From: Candidatus Woesebacteria bacterium GW2011_GWC1_42_9
Lineage (GTDB): Bacteria; Patescibacteriota; Microgenomatia; UBA8517
Assembly: GCA_000995185.1 (NCBI GenBank)
Contig: LCET01000001.1
Span: 103,028-167,027 of the forward strand
Reading direction: 5' to 3'
Length of the DNA stretch: 64,000 nt
The position numbers were made by a program, and so were the translations under genes. The notes beneath the pieces are model-generated. The model was given only the letters and a program-made list of their open reading frames with translations. It was not told the origin of the DNA and ran no database searches. Each line of letters begins with the position of its first letter. Position 1 is the stretch's first letter. Shown here piece after piece: positions 47,697 to 56,783 of this stretch.

Positions 47697-48425
47697 ATGA
47701 AGAAGTATTTGCCCGTTCTTCTTTTTATTTTGGGATTACTTGTGGTGGTGGCCGCATTTTTTGTGGTCAAGTCGAGAAAAAGCTCCGGGATAATCGAAGA
47801 TGAATCTGTGCCCGAAATCCCTTTGGGCGAGCGCCCATATACTTCGCTTACTCCGACTGCGGATGGCCATTATTTAAAACTTGAAATAAAAGGGATTAAG
47901 GTTTCCGGAGCAGAGTCTTTGGACTATGAGCTTCTTTATGAAACTAAGGATGAAGTTACCCAGGGGGTGCCTGGCTCTATCATGTTATCCGGGAAGACCA
48001 GTATTGATCGGGAGCTTTTGCTTGGGTCGGAGTCTTCTGGAAAATTTCGCTATGATGAAGGGGTGACGGAGGGGAAGCTCACCCTTCGCTTTAGGAATGG
48101 CGGGGGAAAGCTCCTTGGGAAGCTATCAACTGATTTTCATTTGCAGACAGATACAAAATCATTATTGAGCCTGGATGGTAAGTTTAGCTTTGATTTGGAT
48201 AAGGCGAGCGATGAGTTTTTTATAGTGATGAGCACATTCGGGTTGCCTGGCGAGGTCGCCGGAGATATTTCAGATGGACCTTACGGCATCTTTTCTTCGG
48301 GCGGGGATGACTTTGGCGGGATCGTTAATATGGCCCGTATGTGGGATGGCTCAAGCTGGGGGGAGCTTTCGGGAGGCAAGGCTAGCGGCCTTGGGGTCTT
48401 CGTGAATTTAGCTTCAACGAATTAA
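47697..48425 (+). CDS. Hypothetical extracytoplasmic protein with an N-terminal signal/TM anchor.
   Basis: MKKYLPVLLFILGLLVVVAAFFVV, then a hydrophilic Gly/Ser-rich body. Confidence 0.5.
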   Translation: MKKYLPVLLFILGLLVVVAAFFVVKSRKSSGIIEDESVPEIPLGERPYTSLTPTADGHYLKLEIKGIKVSGAESLDYELLYETKDEVTQGVPGSIMLSGKTSIDRELLLGSESSGKFRYDEGVTEGKLTLRFRNGGGKLLGKLSTDFHLQTDTKSLLSLDGKFSFDLDKASDEFFIVMSTFGLPGEVAGDISDGPYGIFSSGGDDFGGIVNMARMWDGSSWGELSGGKASGLGVFVNLASTN

Positions 48426-48468
48426 TTTTTTGGATAAATGTTTGCTTAGAGTTTGGGTTTTGTTTGTA

Positions 48469-48527
48469 TTGACACACGCGTGAAAATAGATCAAAATGGT
48501 GAGAATTGGTGAGAAATGGTGAAAAAT
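48469..48527 (+). promoter_or_regulatory. Candidate mraZ promoter (TTGACA 48469 and CAAAAT 48492) followed by three direct MraZ-box-like repeats at 10-bp phasing.
   Basis: TGGTGAGAAT 48498, TGGTGAGAAA 48508, TGGTGAAAAA 48518. The last repeat overlaps the mraZ ATG (48526). MraZ is known to bind a tandem series of GTG-containing repeats at 10-bp periodicity in its own promoter. Confidence 0.6.
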
Positions 48528-48969
48528 GATGCTAGGAACTTTTTCTTCAAACTTAACTTCTCAAAGGCGAGTTGCCGTCCCCATAAAATTTCGGAAAGAA
48601 CTTGGAAAAACATTTATCGTTGCCAGATGGTATGAAAACTGTCTAGTTGTGGTTTCAAAGGCCAATTGGCAGGAACTTTTAAATAAATTAACAGGCAGAT
48701 CAAAGATCTTAACTTCCCCGGTGAGGGATACCGACCGATTTATATTGGGAAGTGCGTATGATCTGATCACAGATTCCCAAGGAAGAGTGGTTTTACCCGA
48801 AAGCTTGGTTAAATTCGCAAAACTGAGGACAGAAGTAGTGTTTGTAGGACTGGGCGACAGAGTTGAAGTGTGGGATAAAGCAGAATGGTCAAGAAGAGAA
48901 GAATACTTTACCAGAAATGCGAGCGAGATGATTGAGAAGCTGGCGGAAGATGAGAAAGGATCGCAATAA
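48526..48969 (+). CDS. mraZ: Transcriptional regulator MraZ.
   Basis: Two half-domains, each with the DxxxR-type motif. MLGTFSSNLTSQRRVAVPIKFRKEL and ITDSQGRVVLPESLVKFAKL. Confidence 0.85.
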   Translation: MMLGTFSSNLTSQRRVAVPIKFRKELGKTFIVARWYENCLVVVSKANWQELLNKLTGRSKILTSPVRDTDRFILGSAYDLITDSQGRVVLPESLVKFAKLRTEVVFVGLGDRVEVWDKAEWSRREEYFTRNASEMIEKLAEDEKGSQ

Positions 48970-49867
48970 TTTTGATCGGCTCCATAAGCCGGTGATGGTC
49001 CATGAAGTGGTTGATTTTCTTGTTAATAAATCCTCGAATTCAGAGGATAAATATATCGATGCAACCCTAGGGGCCGCGGGACACAGCTTGGCTTTGGCTA
49101 ATTATGAAGGAAAAGTCTTGGGAATAGACCAAGACAAAAGAATGTTGGAAATTGCCCGAAAAAATATAGCCTGCCCTTCCCCGCAGCTGCGGGGATCTGC
49201 CAAGCTCGTCCACGGCAACTTTAGAGATATTGATAGGATCGCGGGGGAGAATGGATTTGCCCGCGTTAGGGGAATAGTGTTTGATCTTGGAATATCAAGT
49301 TTCCACTATCAAAGCGGGCAGGGATTTTCGTTCCAAGAGGGGAATAATCCTTTGGACATGAGGCTTGATCCTGAAAGCCAGAGCGTTAGGGGAAGTGATC
49401 TATTAAATTCGCTTCGTACTGATCAACTGGAAACAATGTTTGAGGAAGCGCTCACCAAGGGAGAATCGAAAAGATTGGTGAAGAAAATAATTAGATTTAG
49501 AGAGCGCACGCCAATTAAGACGGTTAACGATTTTTTGAGTGTAATCAGGCAAGGTGTGATTAAAAAAGGGAAAACTGATCCGGCAACCAGACCGTTTTTG
49601 GCTCTGAGGATGGCGGTTAATAGTGAAGTGGACAGTTTGCAAACGGCTCTGCCGAAAGCCGAGGGACTACTAATTTCTGGCGGAAGGTTAGCCATAATTA
49701 GTTTTCATTCGGGAGAGGATAGGATAGTAAAAGAATATTTTAAGGAAAGAGTGCGCGGGGGATACGGGAGGCTTGTTACCGCAAAGCCGGTACTTCCCTC
49801 AATTGAGGAGGTCAAAGAAAACCCCAGCTCGCGAAGCGCAAAATTAAGAATTTATGAAAAAATTTAA
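48932..49867 (+). CDS. rsmH: 16S rRNA (cytosine1402-N4)-methyltransferase RsmH (MraW).
   Basis: HKPVMVHEVVDFL...YIDATLGAAGHSLAL. Conserved position after mraZ. The precise start is uncertain (alternative ATG at 48950). Confidence 0.85.
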   Translation: MRSWRKMRKDRNNFDRLHKPVMVHEVVDFLVNKSSNSEDKYIDATLGAAGHSLALANYEGKVLGIDQDKRMLEIARKNIACPSPQLRGSAKLVHGNFRDIDRIAGENGFARVRGIVFDLGISSFHYQSGQGFSFQEGNNPLDMRLDPESQSVRGSDLLNSLRTDQLETMFEEALTKGESKRLVKKIIRFRERTPIKTVNDFLSVIRQGVIKKGKTDPATRPFLALRMAVNSEVDSLQTALPKAEGLLISGGRLAIISFHSGEDRIVKEYFKERVRGGYGRLVTAKPVLPSIEEVKENPSSRSAKLRIYEKI

Positions 49868-50135
49868 CAAAATAAAAATTGCCCTTATGCTAGGTGGAGT
49901 TCTCATGCTGATAAATGTCTTGGTGACTGCTTTTCTAAGTGCAAAAAGTACGGCTTACTTGAATATTGAGAGCGAGATCAAGGCGATAAATGATCGCAAC
50001 AGGGAGATATCAGAAAACTTGATAAGTGAAACCGCTTTAGTAAATATCCAGATGAGGGCAGAAGGACTAAAGATGGCAAAGCCCCACGACATCATCTATT
50101 TGTCAAAGAAATCTCCGATAGCGAAATTGCCGTAA
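49854..50135 (+). CDS. ftsL: Cell division protein FtsL-like (single-pass membrane protein with a coiled coil).
   Basis: 93 aa. One TM helix (IALMLGGVLMLINVLVTAFL) followed by a helical segment. Located between rsmH and ftsI, as in canonical dcw clusters. Confidence 0.55.
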   Translation: MKKFNKIKIALMLGGVLMLINVLVTAFLSAKSTAYLNIESEIKAINDRNREISENLISETALVNIQMRAEGLKMAKPHDIIYLSKKSPIAKLP

Positions 50136-51848
50136 ATGGAAACTCGTTTGCGAGTGGTTGGATTGTTTTTTATTCTTGCTATGTTTGTACTTCTTGTGAG
50201 ACTTTTTTACTGGCAAATTCTCCGGGGGAAAGTACTATCTGCGCAGGCTCGGGCACAGCATGTTAGTGGAGAAAATATTGATGCTCCGCGCGGAGATATT
50301 TTGGCAAGGGACGGATCGTGGCTTGCCGCAAGCAGTGAAAGCTGGCTGGTTTTTGCATCGTCGGAGGAAATTGATCGCCCGATCCGGGAGATTGCTAATT
50401 TATTGGCACCGTTATTAATTGATGAGGATGATGAAGAGGAAGATTTACTAGGTGTGGCAATGGAAATTGAAGGGCTGCTTAAGGGGAATAACTCACTTTG
50501 GATACCCCTTAAAAAGGGGGTAAACAGTGAAATCAAGAAAAAAATCGAGGAGCTAGCGGTTAATGGGATACATTTTGAGAAGCAAGAGGCGAGGATCTAT
50601 CCGGAAGGGTCGTCAGCGGCTCAGGTGATGGGCTTTGTGGGAAAGGATCAAGATGGTAGTGATCGCGGATATTTTGGCCTCGAGGGATTTTATGATCTGA
50701 CATTGTCAGGAAAGCCTGGATTTGTGGAAAGGGAGTCAAACCCCTTGGGAGTCCCCATCCTTTCTGGGCGCGCCAAGGAAATCACGGCAATTGGCGGGGT
50801 GAGCTTGCACACTCACCTTGACCGCTCTATCCAGCTATTAATTGAAAAAAAGCTCGCGTATGCAATTGAAACATATGGGGCCGTTGCCGGCACGATAATT
50901 GTGATGGATCCAAAGACAGGAGGGATACTTGGGATGGCGTCATCCCCGTCTTATGATCCTGGTAAGTACTATGAATTTGGCGACGAGTATTTTAAAAATC
51001 CTGCGATTAGCGATAGTTTTGAGCCTGGATCAATCTTTAAGCCAATTGTGATGGCATCAGCCCTTGACGCCGGTGAAGTTGAGCCGGATACAAAATGCGA
51101 TATCTGCACTGAGCCATATAAAGTAGACAAATATGTTATTCGCACTTGGAACAATGAGTACCATCCAGATTCAACGATGACTGAAGTACTTCTTCATTCG
51201 GATAATGTGGGGATGGTTTTTGTGGGGCAGAAGCTTGGGATGGATAGAATGTATGATTATTTATCGGCTTTCGGGTTTGGACGGGCGACAGGGATTGATT
51301 TGCAGGGGGAGGTTAGTGCGCCTTTAAGGAAAAAAGATGAGTGGAATATTGTTGATCTTTCAACGGCCTCATTTGGACAAGGAATTGCGGTTACCCCGAT
51401 ACAGATGGTCAAAGCGATGGCAATTATTGCTAATAATGGGGTGGAGATTACTCCGCAAGTTGTCGATAAATTAGAATTTGAAGGGCGGGATGATGATATT
51501 GACCCTGAGATCGGGAAGAGGGTGATTTCGAAAAAATCAGTTGAAAAAATTAAGCAAATGCTCGTGGAAGCGTCGAGCCACGGAGAAGCACAGTGGACGG
51601 CAATAAAAGATTTTAAGATTGCCGGGAAGACGGGGACGGCGCAGATCCCAGTCTCCGGGCATTATGATGAAGAAAAGACAATCGCGAGCTTCATAGGGTT
51701 TGCTCCTGCGGATGAACCTAAATTTGTGATGCTGGTCACTCTCCGCGAGCCTCAAAGTTCGCCTTGGGCCGCAGAAACCGCCGCCCCTTTGTGGTTTAGT
51801 ATTGCCAGCGATCTCTTCCCCTACCTGGGAATCCACCCCGAAAGGTGA
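50136..51848 (+). CDS. ftsI: Class B penicillin-binding protein/peptidoglycan D,D-transpeptidase (FtsI/PBP2-type).
   Basis: N-terminal TM helix and PBP dimerisation region (PRGDILARDGSWLA). Transpeptidase motifs SIFK (SxxK), HSDN (SxN) and KTGT. Confidence 0.85.
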   Translation: METRLRVVGLFFILAMFVLLVRLFYWQILRGKVLSAQARAQHVSGENIDAPRGDILARDGSWLAASSESWLVFASSEEIDRPIREIANLLAPLLIDEDDEEEDLLGVAMEIEGLLKGNNSLWIPLKKGVNSEIKKKIEELAVNGIHFEKQEARIYPEGSSAAQVMGFVGKDQDGSDRGYFGLEGFYDLTLSGKPGFVERESNPLGVPILSGRAKEITAIGGVSLHTHLDRSIQLLIEKKLAYAIETYGAVAGTIIVMDPKTGGILGMASSPSYDPGKYYEFGDEYFKNPAISDSFEPGSIFKPIVMASALDAGEVEPDTKCDICTEPYKVDKYVIRTWNNEYHPDSTMTEVLLHSDNVGMVFVGQKLGMDRMYDYLSAFGFGRATGIDLQGEVSAPLRKKDEWNIVDLSTASFGQGIAVTPIQMVKAMAIIANNGVEITPQVVDKLEFEGRDDDIDPEIGKRVISKKSVEKIKQMLVEASSHGEAQWTAIKDFKIAGKTGTAQIPVSGHYDEEKTIASFIGFAPADEPKFVMLVTLREPQSSPWAAETAAPLWFSIASDLFPYLGIHPER

Positions 51849-51869
51849 AAGAGAATGTTATAATTCGCA

Positions 51870-52787
51870 ATGTCCGTTGAGATTGGTGACAAGGAAACGA
51901 TCAGTGGAGGAATGAGCATTGCCGTTTTCGAGAGGAAATCGTCGAAGTTAAAACCTGAGTGTGAAGATTCGTTTTATGTCGATCAAGATCAAACCGTTTT
52001 TGTTGTTGCGGACGGTATTAGCAGGTTTAGATATCCTTTTAACTATTCTCCTTCTGCAAGAGCGGCACAATCGGCCGCTGTTACAATTGGTAAAGTATTG
52101 GCAGAAAGAGACATGATTAGGCCGCGAGAAGATTTTTTATCTGCCTTTAAAATAGCAAATGATGTAATTCGTGAGCTTAATTTAAAAGAAATAGGATCAG
52201 AGAGATTGCCTTTATGGGAGAGCACCGATTACTATGAGGATGATTTGGCTGGCGCAGTAGCAGCCGTTTGCGTCTTAAGAAACAATTCTTTACATTATGC
52301 ATTTAATGGCGATTGTCAAATAGTGCATTTGCCTTACAAAGGTGAAATCTGGAAAGCCGTTACTCCTGCAACCGATAGGGTGGCACGTTCTAGGTCGGTG
52401 TTCGTGCACCACAAAGAAAATCTACCTGAACCAGAGAGCGGGGATTATGAAGAGGCGTGGAAAAACTACATAAGATTAGTTCATAACGATTATAGAAATA
52501 ATCCCCATGCTGAATTAATGAATTCCACACATGTGACTTATAGTGTATTGAATGGTCAAAGCTCTGCAGTCCATGATATTTATATTAATTCTGGAGAACA
52601 AAAATTGGCGTCTGGGGATATATTTTTACTTTGTTCAGACGGCTTGAATTCATATATAAATGATTTGGGATTTGTATCGATTTTGAAGTCCGGAGAGATC
52701 GATACGTTAAGTACTTATGTTGATAATCACCCCAAGATAGATAAGGAAAACGATGATAAAGTTTGTATTTGTGTGAGATTACCTTAA
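51870..52787 (+). CDS. PP2C-family (PPM) Ser/Thr protein phosphatase inserted in the dcw cluster.
   Basis: EDSFYVDQDQTVFVVADGISR (metal-binding motif 1). GAVAAVCVLRNNSLHYAFNGDCQIVH. GDIFLLCSDGLNSYIND. DDKVCICVRL (C-terminal Asp motif). Confidence 0.65.
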   Translation: MSVEIGDKETISGGMSIAVFERKSSKLKPECEDSFYVDQDQTVFVVADGISRFRYPFNYSPSARAAQSAAVTIGKVLAERDMIRPREDFLSAFKIANDVIRELNLKEIGSERLPLWESTDYYEDDLAGAVAAVCVLRNNSLHYAFNGDCQIVHLPYKGEIWKAVTPATDRVARSRSVFVHHKENLPEPESGDYEEAWKNYIRLVHNDYRNNPHAELMNSTHVTYSVLNGQSSAVHDIYINSGEQKLASGDIFLLCSDGLNSYINDLGFVSILKSGEIDTLSTYVDNHPKIDKENDDKVCICVRLP

Positions 52788-52794
52788 TATAACT

Positions 52795-55533
52795 ATGATT
52801 ATAGATACGCAACTTAAGCGTTTCCCCTTTCAAGTATCGGGGATAGCTGATAACTCTCGTGATGTTAGGAAAGGTTATTTGTTTGTCGCAATTAAAGGGT
52901 TGACCGTGGACGCTCATCAATTTATTCCTGAAGCCGTTAAGAGGGGGGCTACGGTAGTTGTTGGTGAAAAAGATTTTAACGATTTAAATATAAGTCCCAA
53001 AAAAGCTCGGTATATAAAAGTTACGGATTCGAGAAAAGCACTAAGTCTTTTAGCTTCTGCTTGGTACGGAAATCCTGCTAATAAACTAAGACTTATTGGT
53101 GTTACGGGAACTGATGGCAAGACTACCACAGCTTCAATGATATGGTGGATTTTGCAGAAGTCGGGGCTTAAGGTTGGTTTGATTTCTACAGTTTCTGCAA
53201 AAATCGGCAATAAGGAATATGATACAGGCTTCCATGTAACCAACCCTGAGCCACTAGCTCTTCAGAGATTTCTAAAAAAGATGGTGGACAGTGGCTGTGA
53301 ATATGCCGTATTGGAGGTAACTTCTCATGGATTGGATCAAAAACGAGTTTACGGTATTAACTTTGATGTTGGGGTACTGACTAATATAACTCACGAACAT
53401 CTTGATTATCACAAAACTTTTGATGCCTATCGTCGTGCCAAGCTTAAGCTTTTTAAAAATTCGAAAGTGGCAGTATTAAACAAAAATGACAAAAATTCGA
53501 ACTGGGTCAGAAAAAATATAGGCGCAAAAACCATTTTTTATAAACCAGATTTAATGGCAAAGGTTTTTACTGAGACTCATAACCAAGAAAATGCAGCCGC
53601 TGCGATAGCTGTAGCGCGGTATATTAATGTTTCTAAAAAAGAGATTTTATCGGCGCTCAATTGTTTTCCAGGTGTTGAAGGAAGAATGCAAGAGGTCAAA
53701 AATAACAAAGGAATAAAAATAATTATTGATTTTGCCCACACTCCAAATTCACTTAAGTGTGTACTAATAAATCTACGAAAATCTTCGAAAGGAAAATTGA
53801 TATCTGTTTTTGGATGTGCAGGAGAGAGAGATAGTGCGAAAAGGAAGATCATGGGTGGTCTTTCTGCTTCAATTGCTGATTTATCGATATTCACAGCAGA
53901 GGATCCGAGGAGTGAAAAAATCAAGGATATTTTGTTAGAGATGGAAAAGGGAGTACTTAGGAAAAATATCGACAAATATCTTTCTTTCCCCGAAAGAGGA
54001 GATGCAATATATTATGCAATTAACTCTGTCGCCAAAAAAGGAGACACTGTAATTATCTGTGGTAAAGGTCATGAAAAGAGTATGTCTTATTATGGTGTTG
54101 AGTATCCATGGTCAGACAAAGTTGCTGTTTTATCTGCCTTGGAAGGTAAGTCGAAAAGAATCCCCTGGAGAGAGAATATCTATAAAGGGAAAAATGTTGC
54201 TATTTTAGGGCTTGGTTTAGAAGGGAAAGATCTGGCTAATTATCTTGTCAAGATTGGTGCCAACGTGACAATAAGAGATCAAAAGCCAGAAAACGAATTA
54301 GATCTTTCTAAAATACCAAGTGAAAAGATACGATTTATGTGTGGTTCGAAGTATTTGGTCGGCTTAAACCAACATGAATTTATATTTCGTTCTCCAGGCA
54401 TTTATAGGTATAAAAAAGAGTTGGTTTATGCAGAAAAGAAGGGAGTGGTGATATCGAGTGCCATAAAACTATTTTTTGATTTTTGTTCAGCCAGGATTAT
54501 TGGAGTTACAGGTACGAAAGGGAAAGGTACAACTTCTACTTTAGTCTATCAAATTATTAAAAATAGTGGGAAAGATGTTTATCTCGCAGGTAATATAGGT
54601 AGACCATGCTTAAACTTGTTAAGTGAGTTAAGAGCCGATAGTTGGGTAGTATTAGAGCTTTCTTCTTTTCAATTAATAGATTTGGAGAAAAGTCCGCACA
54701 TTTCAGTAGTTCTGAATATAACTTCTGATCATATGGATTGGCATAAAAATCTGAGAGAATACAGAGAATCAAAGAAGAACATAGTCAAATACCAGACGAG
54801 CAAGGACTATTCGGTTATAAATGCTGACTATCATTCTTCGAAGGTATTTTCGCAAAATACCTTTGCAAAACTTTATTACTTTAGCAGAAATAAAAAAGTT
54901 TGTGGAGCATATGTGACTGGAGATTCTATTTATCTTAATTTTGGTGAGAAAATATTAATCGGAAATATAAAAAAATTATTATTGAGAGGGAAACACAATT
55001 TGGAAAACATAACTGCTGCGATTTGTGCCGCATATTTATCAGAAGCAGAAGTTCAGGAAATCAAAAATACAATATTTGAATTTAAAGGACTAGAGCATAG
55101 ACTAGAGTTAGTAAGAAAAATTAAAGGAGTATCATTTTATAACGATTCGTTTTCTACTAATCCCCAAACTACAGTTGCTGCAGTCGATTCATTTAAAGAA
55201 TCACTCACTCTAATTCTCGGGGGCTATAATAAGGGATTGGATTATGGAACATTAATAAAAAAAATTTCTAAAGCTAAGAATCTGAAAAATATTATTTTGA
55301 TTGGAGATTTGTCAACCGATTTAAATAAATTGTTATTAAAAAGTAATTTTAAAGGCAAAATAATTGAATTAAAAAGAGCCTCAATGAGAAAGATAATTAG
55401 AAATTGTTTTAAAATAACAGATCCCGGTGGAGTAGTTTTGCTTTCGCCTGCAGCAGCCTCATTTGATATGTTCAAAGACTATAAAGATAGAGGAGAGAAG
55501 TTTAAATCGACAGTAAGTAAATTTAACTTTTAA
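52795..55533 (+). CDS. murE-murD: In-frame MurE-MurD fusion. The N-terminal half is UDP-MurNAc-L-Ala-D-Glu:diamino-acid ligase. The C-terminal half is UDP-MurNAc-L-Ala:D-Glu ligase.
   Basis: First half: DNSRDVRKGYLFVAIKG..DAHQFI, IGVTGTDGKTTT, DFAHTPNSL, ICGKGHE. Second half from about residue 460: KNVAILGLGLEGKDLANYLVKIGANVTIRD, IGVTGTKGKGTT, LAGNIGRPCL, VVLELSSFQL, GKHNLENITAA, FKGLEHRLE, FYNDSFSTNPQT, LLSPAAASFDMFKDYKDRGEKF. There is no stop between the halves. Confidence 0.8.
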   Translation: MIIDTQLKRFPFQVSGIADNSRDVRKGYLFVAIKGLTVDAHQFIPEAVKRGATVVVGEKDFNDLNISPKKARYIKVTDSRKALSLLASAWYGNPANKLRLIGVTGTDGKTTTASMIWWILQKSGLKVGLISTVSAKIGNKEYDTGFHVTNPEPLALQRFLKKMVDSGCEYAVLEVTSHGLDQKRVYGINFDVGVLTNITHEHLDYHKTFDAYRRAKLKLFKNSKVAVLNKNDKNSNWVRKNIGAKTIFYKPDLMAKVFTETHNQENAAAAIAVARYINVSKKEILSALNCFPGVEGRMQEVKNNKGIKIIIDFAHTPNSLKCVLINLRKSSKGKLISVFGCAGERDSAKRKIMGGLSASIADLSIFTAEDPRSEKIKDILLEMEKGVLRKNIDKYLSFPERGDAIYYAINSVAKKGDTVIICGKGHEKSMSYYGVEYPWSDKVAVLSALEGKSKRIPWRENIYKGKNVAILGLGLEGKDLANYLVKIGANVTIRDQKPENELDLSKIPSEKIRFMCGSKYLVGLNQHEFIFRSPGIYRYKKELVYAEKKGVVISSAIKLFFDFCSARIIGVTGTKGKGTTSTLVYQIIKNSGKDVYLAGNIGRPCLNLLSELRADSWVVLELSSFQLIDLEKSPHISVVLNITSDHMDWHKNLREYRESKKNIVKYQTSKDYSVINADYHSSKVFSQNTFAKLYYFSRNKKVCGAYVTGDSIYLNFGEKILIGNIKKLLLRGKHNLENITAAICAAYLSEAEVQEIKNTIFEFKGLEHRLELVRKIKGVSFYNDSFSTNPQTTVAAVDSFKESLTLILGGYNKGLDYGTLIKKISKAKNLKNIILIGDLSTDLNKLLLKSNFKGKIIELKRASMRKIIRNCFKITDPGGVVLLSPAAASFDMFKDYKDRGEKFKSTVSKFNF

Positions 55534-56163
55534 ATGGTCTTACTAGAAAATGAAAGTAGGTATAATCACGAATCTGAAAGGCTTGATGGAGAATTAAGCC
55601 TTGTATTTATACGAGGATTACCAGGCTCTGGCAAAACGACAGTCGCGAGTGAAATGGTTAGATTAATAGGAATTAATGGAGTTGAATTGATAGATCCAGA
55701 TATTATTGATAAAGATTCTGAAGATTATTCCGAATTTGTACGAAAATTGTCTCAAGCACAGCCTGAATTAGATCCTAAATTTTTTCTATATAGGTATATG
55801 CTTTTTCGAGCCAGATGTGCTCTGCTGGAAGGGAGGTCGGTAATATGGGATCAACCTTTCAGCCTCTTAAGTGGATTGAAGCATGCAATCGTTACAACGG
55901 AATCTTATTTTCAAAATTTGTCGGAAATACAAGTAATTATAGTCGATCTTGATATTGATCCCGAAGAGTCTTATAAGAGAGTGCAAGATAGAATTAGCAA
56001 GGGTGGTCATGGGCCAGACAGATTGACTTTTGATTCTTTCGTTTCTAAATATCAACCTGCCGAGTGTTTAGGTAGAAATCATATTTCTCTTTCTGGCATG
56101 GGATCTCCAATTGAAAATGCAGAAAGAGTTTTTGAAATGATTAAATGTCAGAAGAAAGATTGA
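55534..56163 (+). CDS. P-loop NTPase/kinase (AAA_33-like), function unknown.
   Basis: Walker A GLPGSGKTT. Probable Walker B VIIVDLD. Confidence 0.55.
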   Translation: MVLLENESRYNHESERLDGELSLVFIRGLPGSGKTTVASEMVRLIGINGVELIDPDIIDKDSEDYSEFVRKLSQAQPELDPKFFLYRYMLFRARCALLEGRSVIWDQPFSLLSGLKHAIVTTESYFQNLSEIQVIIVDLDIDPEESYKRVQDRISKGGHGPDRLTFDSFVSKYQPAECLGRNHISLSGMGSPIENAERVFEMIKCQKKD

Positions 56164-56783
56164 ATATAGTTCTTACTAGACACTTAGCAACTGAATTTAA
56201 CAGGAGCGGGAGGATTATGGGAAGGGTATTCGATGAAGGAATAGTTAGAGACGATCAATTGGATAAATTTAGGACGAGGTTGGTCTCTTTGAAGAATTAT
56301 TGCTACTTAGACACAAAGACGACTAAGATTATATCTAGCCCTTTTAGGAGATGTATCGAGACAGCAGAGATAGCAAGAGAAGAGCTGTCTCTTGACGCCG
56401 GTATAATTACTTCCGAGCTATTGACAGAGACAGATATGGGGAGATTCTCTGGGGAAATCGCTAAAGATTTAAGGGGGGAATTTGGTAGCTTAATAGATAC
56501 ATGGATGCATTATCCTGAATCTTTCATCTTCCCGGGAGGTGAGTCGTATTCTAAAGTAGATGAGCGCGTAATAGAATTTTTGAGGTATTTGAGAGATGAT
56601 TATCATGGTAAAAACGTTGTAGTTTGTAGTCATGCTGATGTAATAAAAATGATGGTTTCAAAAGTTCTAAATCAACCTTTTAATAACAGGAGATATTTTA
56701 TCGTTCCTAATGGATCTATAAGTTTATTGACTCTGCCTAGGGGCGGTGAATACAGGCTTGAGGGAGTAAATATGTGGCCTTAG
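56145..56783 (+). CDS. Histidine phosphatase superfamily protein (phosphoglycerate-mutase-like, branch 1).
   Basis: LTRHLATEFNRSGRIMG (the RHG-type catalytic His motif) and VVVCSHADVIKMM (second His). Overlaps the upstream kinase by 19 nt. Confidence 0.65.
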   Translation: MSEERLNIVLTRHLATEFNRSGRIMGRVFDEGIVRDDQLDKFRTRLVSLKNYCYLDTKTTKIISSPFRRCIETAEIAREELSLDAGIITSELLTETDMGRFSGEIAKDLRGEFGSLIDTWMHYPESFIFPGGESYSKVDERVIEFLRYLRDDYHGKNVVVCSHADVIKMMVSKVLNQPFNNRRYFIVPNGSISLLTLPRGGEYRLEGVNMWP

